DNA of 64,000 nucleotides, from assembly GCA_965212075.1 (NCBI GenBank), contig OZ243043.1:158797-222796 (forward strand), read 5' to 3'. Position 1 is the first letter of the stretch, and each line of letters starts with the position of its first letter. This document shows positions 63,972 through 64,000 of the stretch, one piece after another. A program made the position numbers and the translations under genes. The notes beneath the pieces are model-generated. The model saw only the letters and a list, made by a program, of their open reading frames with translations. It ran no database searches and was not told the origin of the DNA. The stretch is from Alphaproteobacteria bacterium (GTDB lineage Bacteria; Pseudomonadota; Alphaproteobacteria; JAPOUT01; G958296285).

Positions 63972-64000
63972 ATGAAGCAGGTCAATGTTTGCATTAACGG
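63972..64000 (+). CDS. zapA: cell division protein ZapA (first 9 codons only, cut by window edge)
   Basis: ATG at 63972 gives MKQVNVCIN, matching the usual ZapA start pattern (M.QV.V.ING). The position downstream of a DUF4164-like gene supports the call. The evidence is very short. Confidence 0.45.

Overview
The window is a chromosomal segment from an alphaproteobacterium. The lineage call rests on a chpT-ctrA-sciP module, EI-Ntr ptsP, a DUF4167 gene after prmC, plant-type gshA, and a DUF4164-zapA pair next to tkt. I call about 65 protein genes and two tRNAs, Glu-CUC and Met/Ile2-CAU. I saw no rRNA, CRISPR array, transposase or integrase. Most genes are housekeeping: bolA, tlyC-like, aroB, aroK, xerD, accA, secA, ubiG, lysC, ptsP, ispG, prfA, prmC, ubiA, rsmE, gshA, rpoH, rluD-like, mnmA, msrA, pgk, gap and tkt. 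Four regions look accessory. (1) 51872-57693 is the best candidate for an undescribed system. It is a tightly coupled operon of four paralogous subtilase (S8)-like lipoproteins with Gly/Pro tethers in A-B-A-B order, followed by a secreted beta-rich orphan protein. (2) 49486-50383 is a dense cluster of palindromic REP-like elements in which 79-bp direct repeats bracket a small GIY-YIG nuclease gene. (3) 8476-9891 is a visibly AT-rich single-gene islet encoding a beta-class DNA methyltransferase fused to an HNH nuclease, ending 6 nt from the secA stop codon. (4) 42309-45165 is a GT2-GtrA-GT39 (ArnC/ArnT-like) glycolipid module. Across the whole window I counted about 19 short tandem duplication loci (9-18 bp units, 2-5 copies). 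They sit mainly at gene termini, start codons and the 3' flanks of both tRNAs. Repeat units inside coding sequence are always multiples of 3, while most noncoding units are not. All calls come from reading the supplied translations and the DNA; no database search was possible.
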